Notes: generated by a model from the sequence alone, not told the origin. Positions 51,555-62,790 are shown, counted from the first letter of the stretch. The stretch: DNA of 64,000 nucleotides from Candidatus Saccharimonadota bacterium (GCA_034520885.1 JAXHNE010000004.1:9983-73982); one strand, 5' to 3'. Program-made: numbers and translations.

Positions 51555-53492
51555 TTACAACAGGTTGATCGGGTCGATGTTGTAAGCTACATTTTTCGGG
51601 AGCGTTTCGATAATTTTAAGCAAATCACCACGCCTCTTGGACTTAACGATGAGCTGCCAATGAAACTTGCCATGTGCCTTGGCTTTGAATCGCGGACTCG
51701 GTCCGACAGTTTTGATTCGCAGGCCTTTCAATGTTCCCAGCCGTTCTTTTACGTACAGAATACGTTGCTTGGCCTGCTCCTCTTGTTTATGTGAGGCGGT
51801 TATTTGCAGCAAAAAACAAAACGGTGGATAAAGAAAAGTTTTGCGCTCCTCGAGTTCACGCGCCAAAAACGTTGAAAAATCTTTTTGTGAAGCGGCGGCG
51901 ATAAGCTGGCTATCGGGGTTATAGGTTTGAATGACTACTTCTCCCTCGCGGTGTCCCCGTGCTACGCGACCAATGATTTGGTGTAGTTGTTGGTACGTTT
52001 TTTCGCGGGCACTAAAATCCGGTATTCCCAGTGAACTGTCCGCTCGAACAATGCCGACTACCCGGAGCTTCGGGAGGTCGAGCCCTTTGCTGAGCAGTTG
52101 TGTGCCTACGAGAATATCTATTTTTCCGCTTCGAACATCCTCATAGCGCAACTCCAAGCGTTCACTTTTTGCCAGGTCGGTGTCAAACCGGGCAACGGTC
52201 GCTTCGGGAAATAGCTTTCGTACGTGCGAAATGAGGGCTTTGGTACCCACTTGTTTGTAAAAAATGTCCGGGCTGCCGCATTCGGGGCAGGCGGCGTAGG
52301 GGGAGACCGTGAGTCCACAAGTATGGCACCGCATACTATGGTGATCATCATGAAACGTTAAGGCGATGTCACAGTTAGGGCAAAGGTGTTCCCATCCGCA
52401 GGCCTGGCATAACACCAATCGTGCCGTTCCCCGGCGATTAAGGAATAAAAGAGTCTGTTCATTATTCTTGAGCGCGCGCTTTACGCGGGTAAGAAGTGAC
52501 CGTGAAAGGTGAGGGGAAGTGCTGAAATCACCACGCTGCTTAAGGTCCACGATCTCCACGTCCAAAGCCTCCTCTGGCTGGTCGGTTCGCATTCGAAGAA
52601 CGGGGAGTTTTTTCGCTTGAAGCAGCGCATGGTCAACCACTGAAGGAGTGGCAGAACCAAGAATCAATTTTGCACCGTGAAGCCGAGAAAGTTGCGCGGC
52701 AACGCGCACGGCGTGATAATGCGGAGATTGTTCTTGTTTGTAGGCGTCTTCGTGTGATTCATCGACTACCACGAGTCCCAGGGATTTTATCGGGGCGAAT
52801 AGCGAGGAGCGAGTCCCCACGATTAGTTGGCCTTCGTCACTCTCTACGATTGATTGCCATAGTTCCCGTCTTTGTTTGGTAGTAAGTTGGGAATGTAAGA
52901 CCAGAGGGCGAACATCGGTGAGGGCTTGTAAATCGGCCGCGAGTTGGGACGTAAGCCCAATCTCGGGCGTTAAAACCAACACGGACTGGTTGTTGCCGAG
53001 AAACCGCTTGGCGAGCTCGGCGTATACGCGGGTTTTTCCGGAACCAGTGTCCCCGTGCAATAAATATGTAGAGTCGTTGCCGTGAGTAATTTGATTTATC
53101 ACCTCCCGTTGCCGCGTCCACAGCTTGGGGTTGGTCGCTTTTTCCATTGGCTTCACGGGAAGTTTGTCCGTGGCCACGGGTTTCCCCTTAAGTACCGACC
53201 CCGGCATAAAAAGACGTAAACTACTTCCTGATGGCGACGGATAGTAAGACTCCATCCACTCCCAGAGCGCCAAGGCTTTGGCCGGTAAAGGTGGACTGTC
53301 CGCTACGCGGGCAATCGGTTTCACGGCAAACTCCGGTTTTTTTACTTCTCGCTCAACGAAACCAAAGAGCTCGCTTTTACGCACCGGCACGGTGACCACC
53401 GTTCCGCTACCCAAGGAGCGATTTGACGAATAGGTCAATGGTTTTTTACTGTGGTAAGCGTTTCCGGCAACTCGTACCTCATAGTAGTACAT
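51555..53492 (-). CDS. priA: primosomal protein N'
   Basis: GDTGSGKT, DESH, four CxxC pairs and KGLD. Confidence 0.95.
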   Translation of the reverse strand: MYYYEVRVAGNAYHSKKPLTYSSNRSLGSGTVVTVPVRKSELFGFVEREVKKPEFAVKPIARVADSPPLPAKALALWEWMESYYPSPSGSSLRLFMPGSVLKGKPVATDKLPVKPMEKATNPKLWTRQREVINQITHGNDSTYLLHGDTGSGKTRVYAELAKRFLGNNQSVLVLTPEIGLTSQLAADLQALTDVRPLVLHSQLTTKQRRELWQSIVESDEGQLIVGTRSSLFAPIKSLGLVVVDESHEDAYKQEQSPHYHAVRVAAQLSRLHGAKLILGSATPSVVDHALLQAKKLPVLRMRTDQPEEALDVEIVDLKQRGDFSTSPHLSRSLLTRVKRALKNNEQTLLFLNRRGTARLVLCQACGWEHLCPNCDIALTFHDDHHSMRCHTCGLTVSPYAACPECGSPDIFYKQVGTKALISHVRKLFPEATVARFDTDLAKSERLELRYEDVRSGKIDILVGTQLLSKGLDLPKLRVVGIVRADSSLGIPDFSAREKTYQQLHQIIGRVARGHREGEVVIQTYNPDSQLIAAASQKDFSTFLARELEERKTFLYPPFCFLLQITASHKQEEQAKQRILYVKERLGTLKGLRIKTVGPSPRFKAKAHGKFHWQLIVKSKRRGDLLKIIETLPKNVAYNIDPINLL

Positions 53493-53587
53493 AACCCTAG
53501 TATAAAGTCTTAGTGGAATTTTCTTGAAATATTTTTCAGTGTTATGTACACTCTATGTACGTTGTTCTAATAACAATAGAGACGCTT

Positions 53588-53881
53588 ATGTTAGATGTAT
53601 TTATTACCAGTCGTGTGCGCCGAAAGATTATAGTGGTGTATGCCAAGTATCCGGATTTTAAAACCCACGTACGGGGGTTGGCCAAGCTTATCAAAGAAGA
53701 TGCCGGCAACATTCAACGCGAACTAAAGCGCCTGGAAAAGATCGGCTTTCTTACGTCCGAAAAACAAGGCAACACCAAAGTCTACTGCACCAATAAACAC
53801 TTCATTATCTTTAAAGAATTACAAAGTATCGTGTTGAAGTCACAACGCGCGAAACAAAAACGACAACAAGCTCGACAATAA
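53588..53881 (+). CDS. winged-helix transcriptional regulator-like protein
   Basis: FITSRVRRK..HVRGLA..NIQRELKRL, similar to the N-terminus of 3776-4444. Confidence 0.8.
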   Translation: MLDVFITSRVRRKIIVVYAKYPDFKTHVRGLAKLIKEDAGNIQRELKRLEKIGFLTSEKQGNTKVYCTNKHFIIFKELQSIVLKSQRAKQKRQQARQ

Positions 53882-53919
53882 GCTTGCATTTTTATCTCTG
53901 TTAAAGTAGGATGTATCGG

Positions 53920-54135
53920 ATGATTCACGTAACGAAAAAAGATCCCAAGGAGTCCACGGAAGGTTTGATCCGTCGATTTTCCCGTAAAGTACAGCAGTCA
54001 GGTGTTTTGGCCGAAGTCAAGCAGAATCAACACTTTGAAAAACCCATGAGCAAGCGGGATCGCCGTAAAAAAGCGATCGTTCGTAAGCAGCGTAAGGCCG
54101 ACAAAGTAAAGAAACTGAAACTTGGGCGGCGTTAA
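53920..54135 (+). CDS. rpsU: 30S ribosomal protein S21
   Basis: ESTEGLIRRFSRKV..SG.L...FEKP, followed by a yqeY-like gene. Confidence 0.88.
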   Translation: MIHVTKKDPKESTEGLIRRFSRKVQQSGVLAEVKQNQHFEKPMSKRDRRKKAIVRKQRKADKVKKLKLGRR

Positions 54136-54212
54136 AGTTATAAAAAGCGCTTGCCTTCTTCGCGACATATCCGGATGCGCGCACCGGAAGAGTCTGGTAC
54201 ACTACTGTTGAA

Positions 54213-54665
54213 ATGAGCCTGAAACGAGACATTGACGCGGACTTAAAACAAGCACTCTTATCCGGTGATAAGCGGTTGGTTTCGGTATTGCGCGGCGTAA
54301 AAAGCGTCATCTTAAACGAAGAAGTCGCCCAGGGTAAACGCGAAAGCGGGCTGGAGGACGCCGTTATCATCGGTCTACTGCAAAAAGAGATCAAAAAGCG
54401 CAAGGAAGCCGCAGCGCTTTATCGTCAAGCGGGCGATAGTGACCGGACGGACCAAGAAGAATACGAGGCAAAAGTAATTTCCGGGTACGTTCCGGAAATG
54501 ATGAGCGAAGCGGAAGTAGCCGACATGGTCAAAACCGTTATAAGCGAGTTGGGCGTGGAGGATATGTCCGGCATGGGACGCGTAGTCGGTGAAGCCAAAA
54601 AACGAAGTCAAGGTCGAGCCGATGGAGCGGTCATTGCTAAAATAGCTAAGGAGCAGCTGGGATGA
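54213..54665 (+). CDS. GatB/YqeY domain protein
   Basis: KEIKKRKEA..Y..AG and MGRVVG..GRADG. Confidence 0.92.
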   Translation: MSLKRDIDADLKQALLSGDKRLVSVLRGVKSVILNEEVAQGKRESGLEDAVIIGLLQKEIKKRKEAAALYRQAGDSDRTDQEEYEAKVISGYVPEMMSEAEVADMVKTVISELGVEDMSGMGRVVGEAKKRSQGRADGAVIAKIAKEQLG

Positions 54666-55201
54666 TCATACTTATGGGCGTTGCCGGTTCCGGAAAAAGT
54701 TCCCAGGGTCGTATGTTGGCCGATGAAATGGGATTTCCATGGGTGTCAACCGGTGAATTTTTGCGCATGCTGATATCCGGCGAACGACGTAAAGCCATGT
54801 TGGAAGGAAAGTTGCTTGAGGATTCCGAGATTATCGGCCTCACGCAGAAAATATTCGCTATGATTGATACGGATAACGAGTTTATCTTGGATGGTTTCCC
54901 TCGGACGCCCGGCCAAGCGGATTGGCTTCTCGCGCAATTAAAGCACGGGCAACTTAACATCAGTGCGGTGATACATCTTCAAGCTAATCAAGATGTGGTG
55001 CGTGAGCGCCTTTTGGAGCGTGGGCGTCAGGATGATCATCCTGACGCCATCAAAGAACGTTTCGTGGAATATCGAGAAAGTATTCTCCCGATCCTGGAGC
55101 AATTCAAGGCCGCCGGCGTAGCGGTTCATGACATAGACGGCAATCAGTCCATGAAAGACGTACATAACGACATAGAAGCGGCGATTCGGTCGGCAACGTA
55201 A
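54662..55201 (+). CDS. adk: adenylate kinase family protein (short lid)
   Basis: GVAGSGKS, STGEFLR, LDGFPR and RGRQDD motifs. Confidence 0.9.
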   Translation: MIILMGVAGSGKSSQGRMLADEMGFPWVSTGEFLRMLISGERRKAMLEGKLLEDSEIIGLTQKIFAMIDTDNEFILDGFPRTPGQADWLLAQLKHGQLNISAVIHLQANQDVVRERLLERGRQDDHPDAIKERFVEYRESILPILEQFKAAGVAVHDIDGNQSMKDVHNDIEAAIRSAT

Positions 55202-55208
55202 CATTTTG

Positions 55209-55973
55209 ATGACGAAAATAAAGACCCAAAAAGAAATCCGGACTATGCGCGAGGCCGGGGGTATGTTGGCGCGGGTTTTGGTTGCCGTGGAACGTGGGGC
55301 GAAAGCGGGCATGACTACCAAAGATTTGGCGAACATAGCCAAGAACGAACTAAAGGCTCTTGGCGGACAGCCGAGTTTTCTCGGTTATCAAGGGTTTCCG
55401 GACGTGTTGTGCGTATCGGTTAATGATGAAATCGTGCACGGCATACCTTCCGATAAACGCGTTTTACAAGAAGGGGATTTGGTGAGCGTCGATTTCGGAG
55501 TGACTTTGGACGGTTTGGTAACGGACTCGGCCATGAGCTTTTTTATAGGCGAAGTCAAAGATCGGCAAAAACGGGAACTATTGGCTACGACCAGCGTGGC
55601 GCTGGAGAATGCCATCAGTGTGCTTAAAGGAGGGATTCGCGTCGGTGACATATCGGCCGCGGCACAAACGACCATTGAGGAACACGGATTCGGGATCGTG
55701 CGCGACCTAGTAGGGCATGGCGTCGGGCATGAGCTACATGAACTTCCTAACATACCCAACTTCGGACGGTCCGGCACCGGTCCAAAGCTATTAACCGGTA
55801 TGACCGTCGCCATTGAGCCGATGGTAACTCTCGGGGCGCATCAAGTGGTCATTGACCCTGACGGATGGACGGTGCGAACTGCCGACGGAAGTCTCGCGGC
55901 CCACTTTGAGCACACCATATTAATTACCGAAAACGGGTATGAAATTTTGACGGATCGAACAAAAGTTTCATAA
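55209..55973 (+). CDS. map: methionine aminopeptidase type I
   Basis: CVSVNDEIVHGIP, GHGVG..LHE, IEPM and AHFEHT motifs. Confidence 0.96.
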   Translation: MTKIKTQKEIRTMREAGGMLARVLVAVERGAKAGMTTKDLANIAKNELKALGGQPSFLGYQGFPDVLCVSVNDEIVHGIPSDKRVLQEGDLVSVDFGVTLDGLVTDSAMSFFIGEVKDRQKRELLATTSVALENAISVLKGGIRVGDISAAAQTTIEEHGFGIVRDLVGHGVGHELHELPNIPNFGRSGTGPKLLTGMTVAIEPMVTLGAHQVVIDPDGWTVRTADGSLAAHFEHTILITENGYEILTDRTKVS

Positions 55974-56022
55974 CGCTTTCGTTTTACTAGAAGATTCCTT
56001 CGTTGGTTGCTATACTTCGTTT

Positions 56023-57258
56023 ATGCGCGAACAAACACCAACACATTTTGTTGGTCTTGATATTGGAACCCAGAACGTACGCTGTGTAGTGGGGATGGTG
56101 GATGAAGCCGATCCGACAAAACCGACCGTTATCGGGCACGGAAGCGCCATGAATCACGGGATGCGCAAAGGCGTCATTACCCATGTGGACGATGTCGCCG
56201 ATGCCGTATCCCATGCCATTATGGAAGCCGAACGTCTTTCAGGGGTTCACATTCAGCATGCTACGGTGAATGTCAACGGCTCACATGTCTCCGGCATTAA
56301 CTCGAAAGGCGTTATCGCGGTCAGTACGGCGGATAAGGAAATAGGTGAGGACGAACGACTTCGCGTGGAAGAAGCGGCCACCATTGTGCAGCTGCCGCCG
56401 AATCGTGAGATTATTCAGGTATTCGCGAAAAATTACCGTATCGATGGCCAGGATAACATCAAAGACCCCATAGGGATGCAAGGGGTGCGCCTAGAGGTGG
56501 ACACGCACATCGTCACCGCCTTGGCGCCGAACGTACGAAATTTGGAGCTGGTATTGGAAAAATCCAAACTCAAGTCGCAGCACAAAACGCTTTCTTCTTT
56601 GGCGGCCTCCGAAGCCGTACTGGATCGTAAGCAGAAGGAAGCCGGGACACTTCTTGTAGATATCGGGGCGGGAACCACCAATCTTTCGATTATAGAGGAC
56701 GGAGAAGTTCATCACGTGGCCGTTATCCCCGTCGGCAGTATAAATTTAACTAACGATCTGGCAATCGGGCTTAAAACCGAGCTGGAAATCGCGGAGAAGG
56801 TAAAACTTGAGTACGCGATCCTGGATGACTCTAACAAGGATTTGAATGCCAAAGTAGAACACGATGGCCGTTCGCATCTTTTTGAAATGACCGAAGTAAA
56901 AATGATTACCGAAGCTCGCATAGAAGAGCTGTTCGAACTAATAGATAAAGAACTTAAGGCGGTAAAGCGATCACGCAAACTCCCCGGTGGAGTAGTGTTC
57001 GTGGGCGGTGGTGCGAAAATTCCCGGGCTCGAAGGTTTTGCCAAGGAAAAGTTGCAGCTTGCGGCTCGGCCGGGCGCATTGCAGCCTTTAAGTGGGTTAG
57101 TGGACGTTGTTGATGACGGCGCTTACGCCAGCGCGGTCGGTTTGATGCTTTTGGATATGGTGCTTATTCCGGATGAGAACGCGGTGTTCGGCCGACCGAA
57201 CACCAAAGCTTTCGGTTTTATTGATGGATTAATGGGGAAGATAGGACTAAAGAAGTAG
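56023..57258 (+). CDS. ftsA: cell division protein FtsA
   Basis: GLDIGT, GMRKG, VDIGAGTT and GGGAK. Upstream of ftsZ. Confidence 0.96.
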   Translation: MREQTPTHFVGLDIGTQNVRCVVGMVDEADPTKPTVIGHGSAMNHGMRKGVITHVDDVADAVSHAIMEAERLSGVHIQHATVNVNGSHVSGINSKGVIAVSTADKEIGEDERLRVEEAATIVQLPPNREIIQVFAKNYRIDGQDNIKDPIGMQGVRLEVDTHIVTALAPNVRNLELVLEKSKLKSQHKTLSSLAASEAVLDRKQKEAGTLLVDIGAGTTNLSIIEDGEVHHVAVIPVGSINLTNDLAIGLKTELEIAEKVKLEYAILDDSNKDLNAKVEHDGRSHLFEMTEVKMITEARIEELFELIDKELKAVKRSRKLPGGVVFVGGGAKIPGLEGFAKEKLQLAARPGALQPLSGLVDVVDDGAYASAVGLMLLDMVLIPDENAVFGRPNTKAFGFIDGLMGKIGLKK

Positions 57259-57360
57259 GACTCGCTTTTTGTTCGCAAAAGTACTTTGAAGTGAGTTGCA
57301 ATTGATCATATACCCGCTATCGGGTATACTCACCCTACAGATGTAAGAGGGAATTATTAG

Positions 57361-58686
57361 ATGCCACAAGTTGCTCCAGCTATTGAAACGTTTGCCCGAA
57401 TTAAAGTTATCGGTGTTGGTGGCGCCGGAGGCGCCGCGGTTAATCGTATGATTGAATCCGGCGTAAAGGGGGTGGAGTTCGTCGTCGTTAACACTGACTC
57501 CCAAGCCCTGCACCACTCCAAGGCGGACACCAAGGTACATATCGGTAAAGACGAAACTCGTGGTCTTGGTGCCGGAGCCGACCCGGATGTTGGTGAAAAT
57601 GCCGCGGAAGAATCCAAGGAAGACATAGTAAACGTTGTAAAAGATGCCGATATGGTGTTCGTTACCATTGGTGCCGGTGGTGGTACCGGTAGTGGTGCCG
57701 GACACGTAGTTGCTCGACTGGCCAGAGAGGGAGGCTCCTTGGTTGTTGGTTTTGCAACAAAACCGTTTGCATTCGAGGGCCAGAAGCGTCGCAGAAACGC
57801 CGAGCACGCCATAGAAGCTCTGCGCAAAGAGGTGGATACATTAATTACTATTCCCAATGATCGTTTGCTGCAGACTATCGATCGCCAAACACCGCTTCTC
57901 GAAGCCTTTAAGGTGGCCGATGATGTCTTGCGCCAGGGCGTCCAGGGCATTTCCGATCTTATTACCGTACATGGGCTAATTAACTTGGACTTCGCCGACG
58001 TGAAAGCCGTAATGAGCAATGCCGGATCGGCGCTTATGGGAATTGGGCGCTCAAGTGGTGAAAATCGTGCCGTGCAAGCCGCACAACAAGCCGTGGAGTC
58101 TCCGCTCCTGGAGGTTTCTATCGATGGTGCCCGGGGCATTCTGTTCAATATTATCGGTGGTAACGATATGGCCATGCACGAAATTAATACCGCCGCCGAA
58201 ACCATTACCGCCGCCGCCGACCAAGAAGCGAATATCATATTCGGGGCAACCATTGATCCTGATCTTGAGGGTGAAATTGCCATTACCGTCGTTGCTACCG
58301 GGTTTGATGCCGCGTATTTTTCCAGTCGTTCAACACTCAACGAACAAGCCAAGGAAGAGCTATCCGCTTCTTCCGAGGAAGAGTCCGAACGGGGAGAATC
58401 CAAGACCAAAATTGGCGACGAAGCCATGAATGATATTGATATGGACTTGGATAATAAAGAATCCTCGGCTGACTTTTCCGCTGAAACTCCAATGCCGAAT
58501 ATTTGGTCAATCGACAATAAAGACGAAGATGATGAACAAAAAAATAGTAAAGAAAAATCCAAAACTTCGGATGCGTTTTCTTCCGACGAGGAAGATGCCG
58601 AACTGGAAAAACCTTCCTTTTTGCGTCGTCTTAAGAACAAGCGAAAGCAAGAAAAAGACGATACCGACAAGAAGTCTGGTAAATAA
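57361..58686 (+). CDS. ftsZ: cell division protein FtsZ
   Basis: GVGGAG, GGGTGSG, NLDFAD and a C-terminal PSFLRR. Confidence 0.98.
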   Translation: MPQVAPAIETFARIKVIGVGGAGGAAVNRMIESGVKGVEFVVVNTDSQALHHSKADTKVHIGKDETRGLGAGADPDVGENAAEESKEDIVNVVKDADMVFVTIGAGGGTGSGAGHVVARLAREGGSLVVGFATKPFAFEGQKRRRNAEHAIEALRKEVDTLITIPNDRLLQTIDRQTPLLEAFKVADDVLRQGVQGISDLITVHGLINLDFADVKAVMSNAGSALMGIGRSSGENRAVQAAQQAVESPLLEVSIDGARGILFNIIGGNDMAMHEINTAAETITAAADQEANIIFGATIDPDLEGEIAITVVATGFDAAYFSSRSTLNEQAKEELSASSEEESERGESKTKIGDEAMNDIDMDLDNKESSADFSAETPMPNIWSIDNKDEDDEQKNSKEKSKTSDAFSSDEEDAELEKPSFLRRLKNKRKQEKDDTDKKSGK

Positions 58687-58807
58687 TATAACGCTATTTA
58701 CTTACCCCGTAGCAAGTAAATAGCGTTGTCCGAGAGCGGTAATCCCCACATATTTTACCGGGGCAAAACCATGCATAATTATACAACAGAAATATCTGCC
58801 CCGGGGC

Positions 58808-58862
58808 TTGAAAAACACCATGGATAGCGCTAAAATAGGGGTTAGATACGCTATATATGGAT
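58808..58862 (+). promoter_or_regulatory. nrdR-nrdJ promoter with probable NrdR box
   Basis: TTGAAA-17-TAAAAT, then tacgCTATATATGgat (58847-58862), which resembles acaCwAtATaTwGtg. Confidence 0.55.
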
Positions 58863-58936
58863 AAAGATATACGGCGGTGGTACGTTGAAATGAACAAATA
58901 ATTTGATCTAAATCAAAGATCAGAAAGGGTATGCAT

Positions 58937-59413
58937 ATGAAATGCAGCCGATGCCATAAGATCGATACGAAAGTGATCGAATCAAGAGACGTGGCTGACG
59001 GTGAAGCGATCCGCAGACGCCGTGCTTGCCTGAACTGCGAATATAGATTTACGACATACGAACGCCTTGAGCGACCACAACTGAATGTAGTGAAGAACGA
59101 CGGCACCCGTGAGTTATTTAACCGGGATAAACTACTTGCCGGACTTCTCCGGGCGTCGGAAAAGACCAAGATTACCAGTTTACAACTTGAAGAACTGGTG
59201 GCAACTGTCGAACAAAAAATCTATGCCTGTGGAGAACAGGAAGTAACTTCCGCGAAGGTCGGTGATCTCGTTATGGACGAACTCGCCAAGCTTGACGAAG
59301 TGGCTTATGTGCGGTTCGCAAGTGTTTACCGGCGGTTCAAAGATATCGCGGGTTTCGAAAAAGAGCTGCTGCAAATTCGCAAACGCAAAGCAGAACCTGT
59401 CAAGAACGTATAG
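58937..59413 (+). CDS. nrdR: transcriptional repressor NrdR
   Basis: MKC..C...TKVIESR, RRRRAC..C..RFTTYER, ATP cone and AYVRFASVY. Confidence 0.97.
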   Translation: MKCSRCHKIDTKVIESRDVADGEAIRRRRACLNCEYRFTTYERLERPQLNVVKNDGTRELFNRDKLLAGLLRASEKTKITSLQLEELVATVEQKIYACGEQEVTSAKVGDLVMDELAKLDEVAYVRFASVYRRFKDIAGFEKELLQIRKRKAEPVKNV

Positions 59414-59558
59414 AACTTGACGGTTCCCCCCGACCCTTAAATCGGTAGATTTAAAGTTCGAGGGGAGCGAGCGAAGGAGACGTTTTGAGAGCGCGTTCAC
59501 CAACGCTACGAGCCAAATAAAAATCATAAAAATTAATAACTAAAAAAGTGAGGGTATT

Positions 59559-62360
59559 ATGGGACAAACAACAATCCTGGGCCGCAGGCGCTTCTTTACG
59601 GCCCCCAAAGAAAAGGCTTACGACAAGCTGTCATGGAAAGAAGTCGACTCCGTTTTAAAAAATCCGATGACCGGAGAGGTCGTCTTCGAACAAAAGGGAG
59701 TGGAATTTCCCGAAGGCTGGTCGGTTAATGCGATTAATATCGTTTCGCAAAAATACTTTACCGGTACGCCGGGCAACGAAGATCGCGAAGCATCTTTAAG
59801 GGATCTCATTGACCGCGTAGTGGATACCATTGCTCGCCACGGGATACAAGAAGGCTACTTTGAAGATGAAAAAGAACAAGAAGATTTTACGGAAGAGTTA
59901 AAATACATTCTGGCCACTCAACGCGCGGCGTTTAACTCGCCCGTGTGGTTTAACATTGGTGCGCCGGGCCGATCACAACAGGCCAGTGCGTGCTTTATTT
60001 TGGCGGTGGAAGACACTATGCCCTCAATCCTGAACTGGTACCGCGAAGAAGGCATGATCTTTAAGGGCGGTTCCGGTTCGGGCATTAATGTGAGCTCTAT
60101 ACGGTCTTCGTCGGAAGCGCTGGGTAAAAGTTCCGGCCAAGCCTCCGGGCCATTAAGCTTTATGCGTGGCGCGGATAGTTCCGCCGGCGCCATTAAAAGT
60201 GGCGGTAAAACCCGCCGCGCGGCCAAGATGGTGATCTTAAACGCTGATCACCCGGACGTAGAGGAGTTCGTGTGGTGCAAAGCCATTGAAGAACGCAAAG
60301 CTCGCGTCTTGGAAGAAGCCGGGTTTGACATGAGCTTGGACGGTAAGGACATCCACTCCGTCCAGTACCAGAACGCCAACAACTCGATACGGGTGACGGA
60401 CGAATTCATGAAAGCCGTAGAAAACGATGAAGACTGGGACTTAAAAGCCGTTAAAACCGGTAAGCCGGTAAAAACCATCAAAGCCCGTGATTTGTTTACG
60501 CAGATTTCCAAGTCCGCCTGGGAGTGTGCCGATCCGGGCATGCAATTCGACACCACTATTAACAAGTGGCATACCGCGCCGAATGCCGGGCGCATAAACG
60601 GCAGCAATCCGTGCAGTGAATACATGCACTTGGATAATTCGGCCTGTAATCTCGCTTCGCTTAACCTTTTGAAGTTTTTGGACGAAAACAACACCTTTGA
60701 TATCGAGGCCTTTAAGCACACCGTGGAACTTATCTTTACCGCCCAGGAAATTTTGGTGGGCTACAGTGAATATCCGACCGAGTCGATAACCAAGAACGCC
60801 AAAGCTTACCGAGAACTGGGCATCGGGTACGCCAACCTTGGCGCGCTTTTAATGGCCCAGGGCTTGCCGTACGATTCCGAGGAAGGTCGTGCCAAAGCCG
60901 CGGCGATTACCGCTTTGCTTACCGGCCACTCTTACGCCACGAGCGCGAAAATAGCCAATCGCGTCGGACCGTTTGCCGGGTTCCACAAAGATCGTAAAGG
61001 CATGCTCAAGGTGCTCAAAATGCACCGTGAAGAGGTTTCCAATATTGACGCTAAATTGGTACCGGAAGAACTGCTAAGCGCCGCGGCCGGTGCGTGGGAC
61101 GAGGCGGTAGAACTGGGTACTTTGTACGGAGTGCGCAACTCCCAGGCCAGCGTGCTGGCACCGACCGGGACGATCGGCCTGATGATGGACTGTGATACGA
61201 CCGGTATCGAGCCTGATCTCGGCTTGGTTAAGGTGAAGAAACTCGTTGGTGGCGGCACCATGAACATCGTTAACCAGACCGTGCCACGCGCCCTGGAGTC
61301 TTTGGGCTACAGCAAAAAGCAATCCAAGGAAATCGTTGACTATATTGACGAAGAAAAAACCATCTTCGGCGCTCCGCATCTGAAAAAAGAACACCAAGCG
61401 GTATTCGCGTGCTCCATGGGTGATAATGCCATTCACTATCGTGGGCACGTAAAGATGATGGGCGCGGTGCAACCGTTCCTTTCCGGAGCTATCAGTAAAA
61501 CGGTGAATATGCCGGAAGAAGCCAGCGTGGAAGACGTGGAACAGCTGCATATGGAAGCCTGGAAATTGGGACTCAAGGCAGTGGCAATCTACCGTGATAA
61601 CTGTAAAGTCGCCCAGCCACTCTCCATGGCCAAAAAAGAAGGCAGTGAAAAAGAGAAAGAAAAAGACGCGGCGGTAGAAACCGGTGCCCGCCTAACGGAT
61701 AGCGACAAAGTCGTCTTAAAGGGTGCCGTCCGTACGCGTTTACCGAAAGTCCGCAACTCCAAAACCTTCTCTTTCCAAGTTGCCTCCACGCACGGCTATA
61801 TGACCGTTGGCGAGTATGAAGACGGAAAACCCGGTGAGATTTTCGTGAACGTCAACAAACAAGGGTCAACCATGCGTGGTATTCTGGATGCCTTCGCGAT
61901 TAGTGTAAGCCATGGCTTACAATTCGGCGTACCGCTAAAAGATTATGTGCGGTCGATGCTTAATACTTCATTCGCGCCCGCCGGAATCACGGATGACCCC
62001 GATGTGCGCACCGCTTCGTCCATTGTTGACTACCTCGGAAAAAGGCTAGCGTTAACTTATCTTTCCTTCGATGATCGTCTGGAACTGGGGTTGGCAAGCA
62101 TTGATGACATGCCGGAATCGCAGACCAGCTTGTTAAGCGAGGAGATGCCGGAAGAAGAATCGGTTTCAACCGAAGAAGTCACGACCAGCGTCGTAGAGAT
62201 GAAATCGCAAGAGGAAGCGTCCGAACCGGCGAATCCATCATCTTCGGAAAAACCAAAAGAAGACACCGCGCCACTATGTTTTAATTGTGGGAATCAGACG
62301 CAGCGGTCTGGTAGCTGTTATGTCTGTACATCCTGCGGTAGCACCACTGGCTGCTCCTGA
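59559..62360 (+). CDS. nrdJ: class II (adenosylcobalamin-dependent) ribonucleotide reductase
   Basis: FNSPVWFN, SACF, NPCSE, APTGT and YRDNCK motifs, a TSCPD-like C-terminal domain and a terminal Zn ribbon. Confidence 0.95.
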   Translation: MGQTTILGRRRFFTAPKEKAYDKLSWKEVDSVLKNPMTGEVVFEQKGVEFPEGWSVNAINIVSQKYFTGTPGNEDREASLRDLIDRVVDTIARHGIQEGYFEDEKEQEDFTEELKYILATQRAAFNSPVWFNIGAPGRSQQASACFILAVEDTMPSILNWYREEGMIFKGGSGSGINVSSIRSSSEALGKSSGQASGPLSFMRGADSSAGAIKSGGKTRRAAKMVILNADHPDVEEFVWCKAIEERKARVLEEAGFDMSLDGKDIHSVQYQNANNSIRVTDEFMKAVENDEDWDLKAVKTGKPVKTIKARDLFTQISKSAWECADPGMQFDTTINKWHTAPNAGRINGSNPCSEYMHLDNSACNLASLNLLKFLDENNTFDIEAFKHTVELIFTAQEILVGYSEYPTESITKNAKAYRELGIGYANLGALLMAQGLPYDSEEGRAKAAAITALLTGHSYATSAKIANRVGPFAGFHKDRKGMLKVLKMHREEVSNIDAKLVPEELLSAAAGAWDEAVELGTLYGVRNSQASVLAPTGTIGLMMDCDTTGIEPDLGLVKVKKLVGGGTMNIVNQTVPRALESLGYSKKQSKEIVDYIDEEKTIFGAPHLKKEHQAVFACSMGDNAIHYRGHVKMMGAVQPFLSGAISKTVNMPEEASVEDVEQLHMEAWKLGLKAVAIYRDNCKVAQPLSMAKKEGSEKEKEKDAAVETGARLTDSDKVVLKGAVRTRLPKVRNSKTFSFQVASTHGYMTVGEYEDGKPGEIFVNVNKQGSTMRGILDAFAISVSHGLQFGVPLKDYVRSMLNTSFAPAGITDDPDVRTASSIVDYLGKRLALTYLSFDDRLELGLASIDDMPESQTSLLSEEMPEEESVSTEEVTTSVVEMKSQEEASEPANPSSSEKPKEDTAPLCFNCGNQTQRSGSCYVCTSCGSTTGCS

Positions 62361-62377
62361 CATTTCTGGCACGAACA

Positions 62378-62724
62378 GCCTAACGAGCAAAGCTCGTCAG
62401 TGCTGCTCGTTACGGCGCAGATCGAAGAGTTTTTCCTGCGATACTCACAAGAGGTACGAGGTAGTACCTCTTGCTGTGTTTCTCAAAAAGAACTTCCAAT
62501 CTGCATCCGTCCAGAAGTGTCAGGCGAGGCGAATTGTTCTGGCTGCTCCTGACAGGCAATCACCACCAACGGCTGAAACCAGGCAAAAGCCCGGTTTTGC
62601 CGTTGGTTCTCAGGCTATTTTGAATGTTTTAGCTGTGAGGCGCAGTCACCGTACCAATAAGGTACGCCTCCTTTGCGCTTCTCGCTAAGAACATCCAAAA
62701 TATCTCTGAGTGATAGCCTGTCAG
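62378..62724. repeat. two tandem long palindromic elements
   Basis: ctgacatttctgg/ccagaagtgtcag (62378-62523) and ctgacaggc..tcac/gtga..gcctgtcag (62549-62724), with GTAC..GTAC apices. Confidence 0.7.
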
Positions 62725-62790
62725 TGTCAAAGTACTCCGTATCAGCATATTCACTAGAATCGAGCGTCTAAAACCTATACACTACGTAGT

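Noticed and set aside
57357-58670. Long antisense ORFs such as the 437-aa frame opposite ftsZ, and ORFs inside rRNA or rnpB
   Set aside because: Shadow frames of well-identified genes, with no motifs of their own.
59420-59515. Cobalamin riboswitch upstream of nrdJ
   Set aside because: A hairpin is present, but I cannot find the conserved GGGAA or B12-box motifs.
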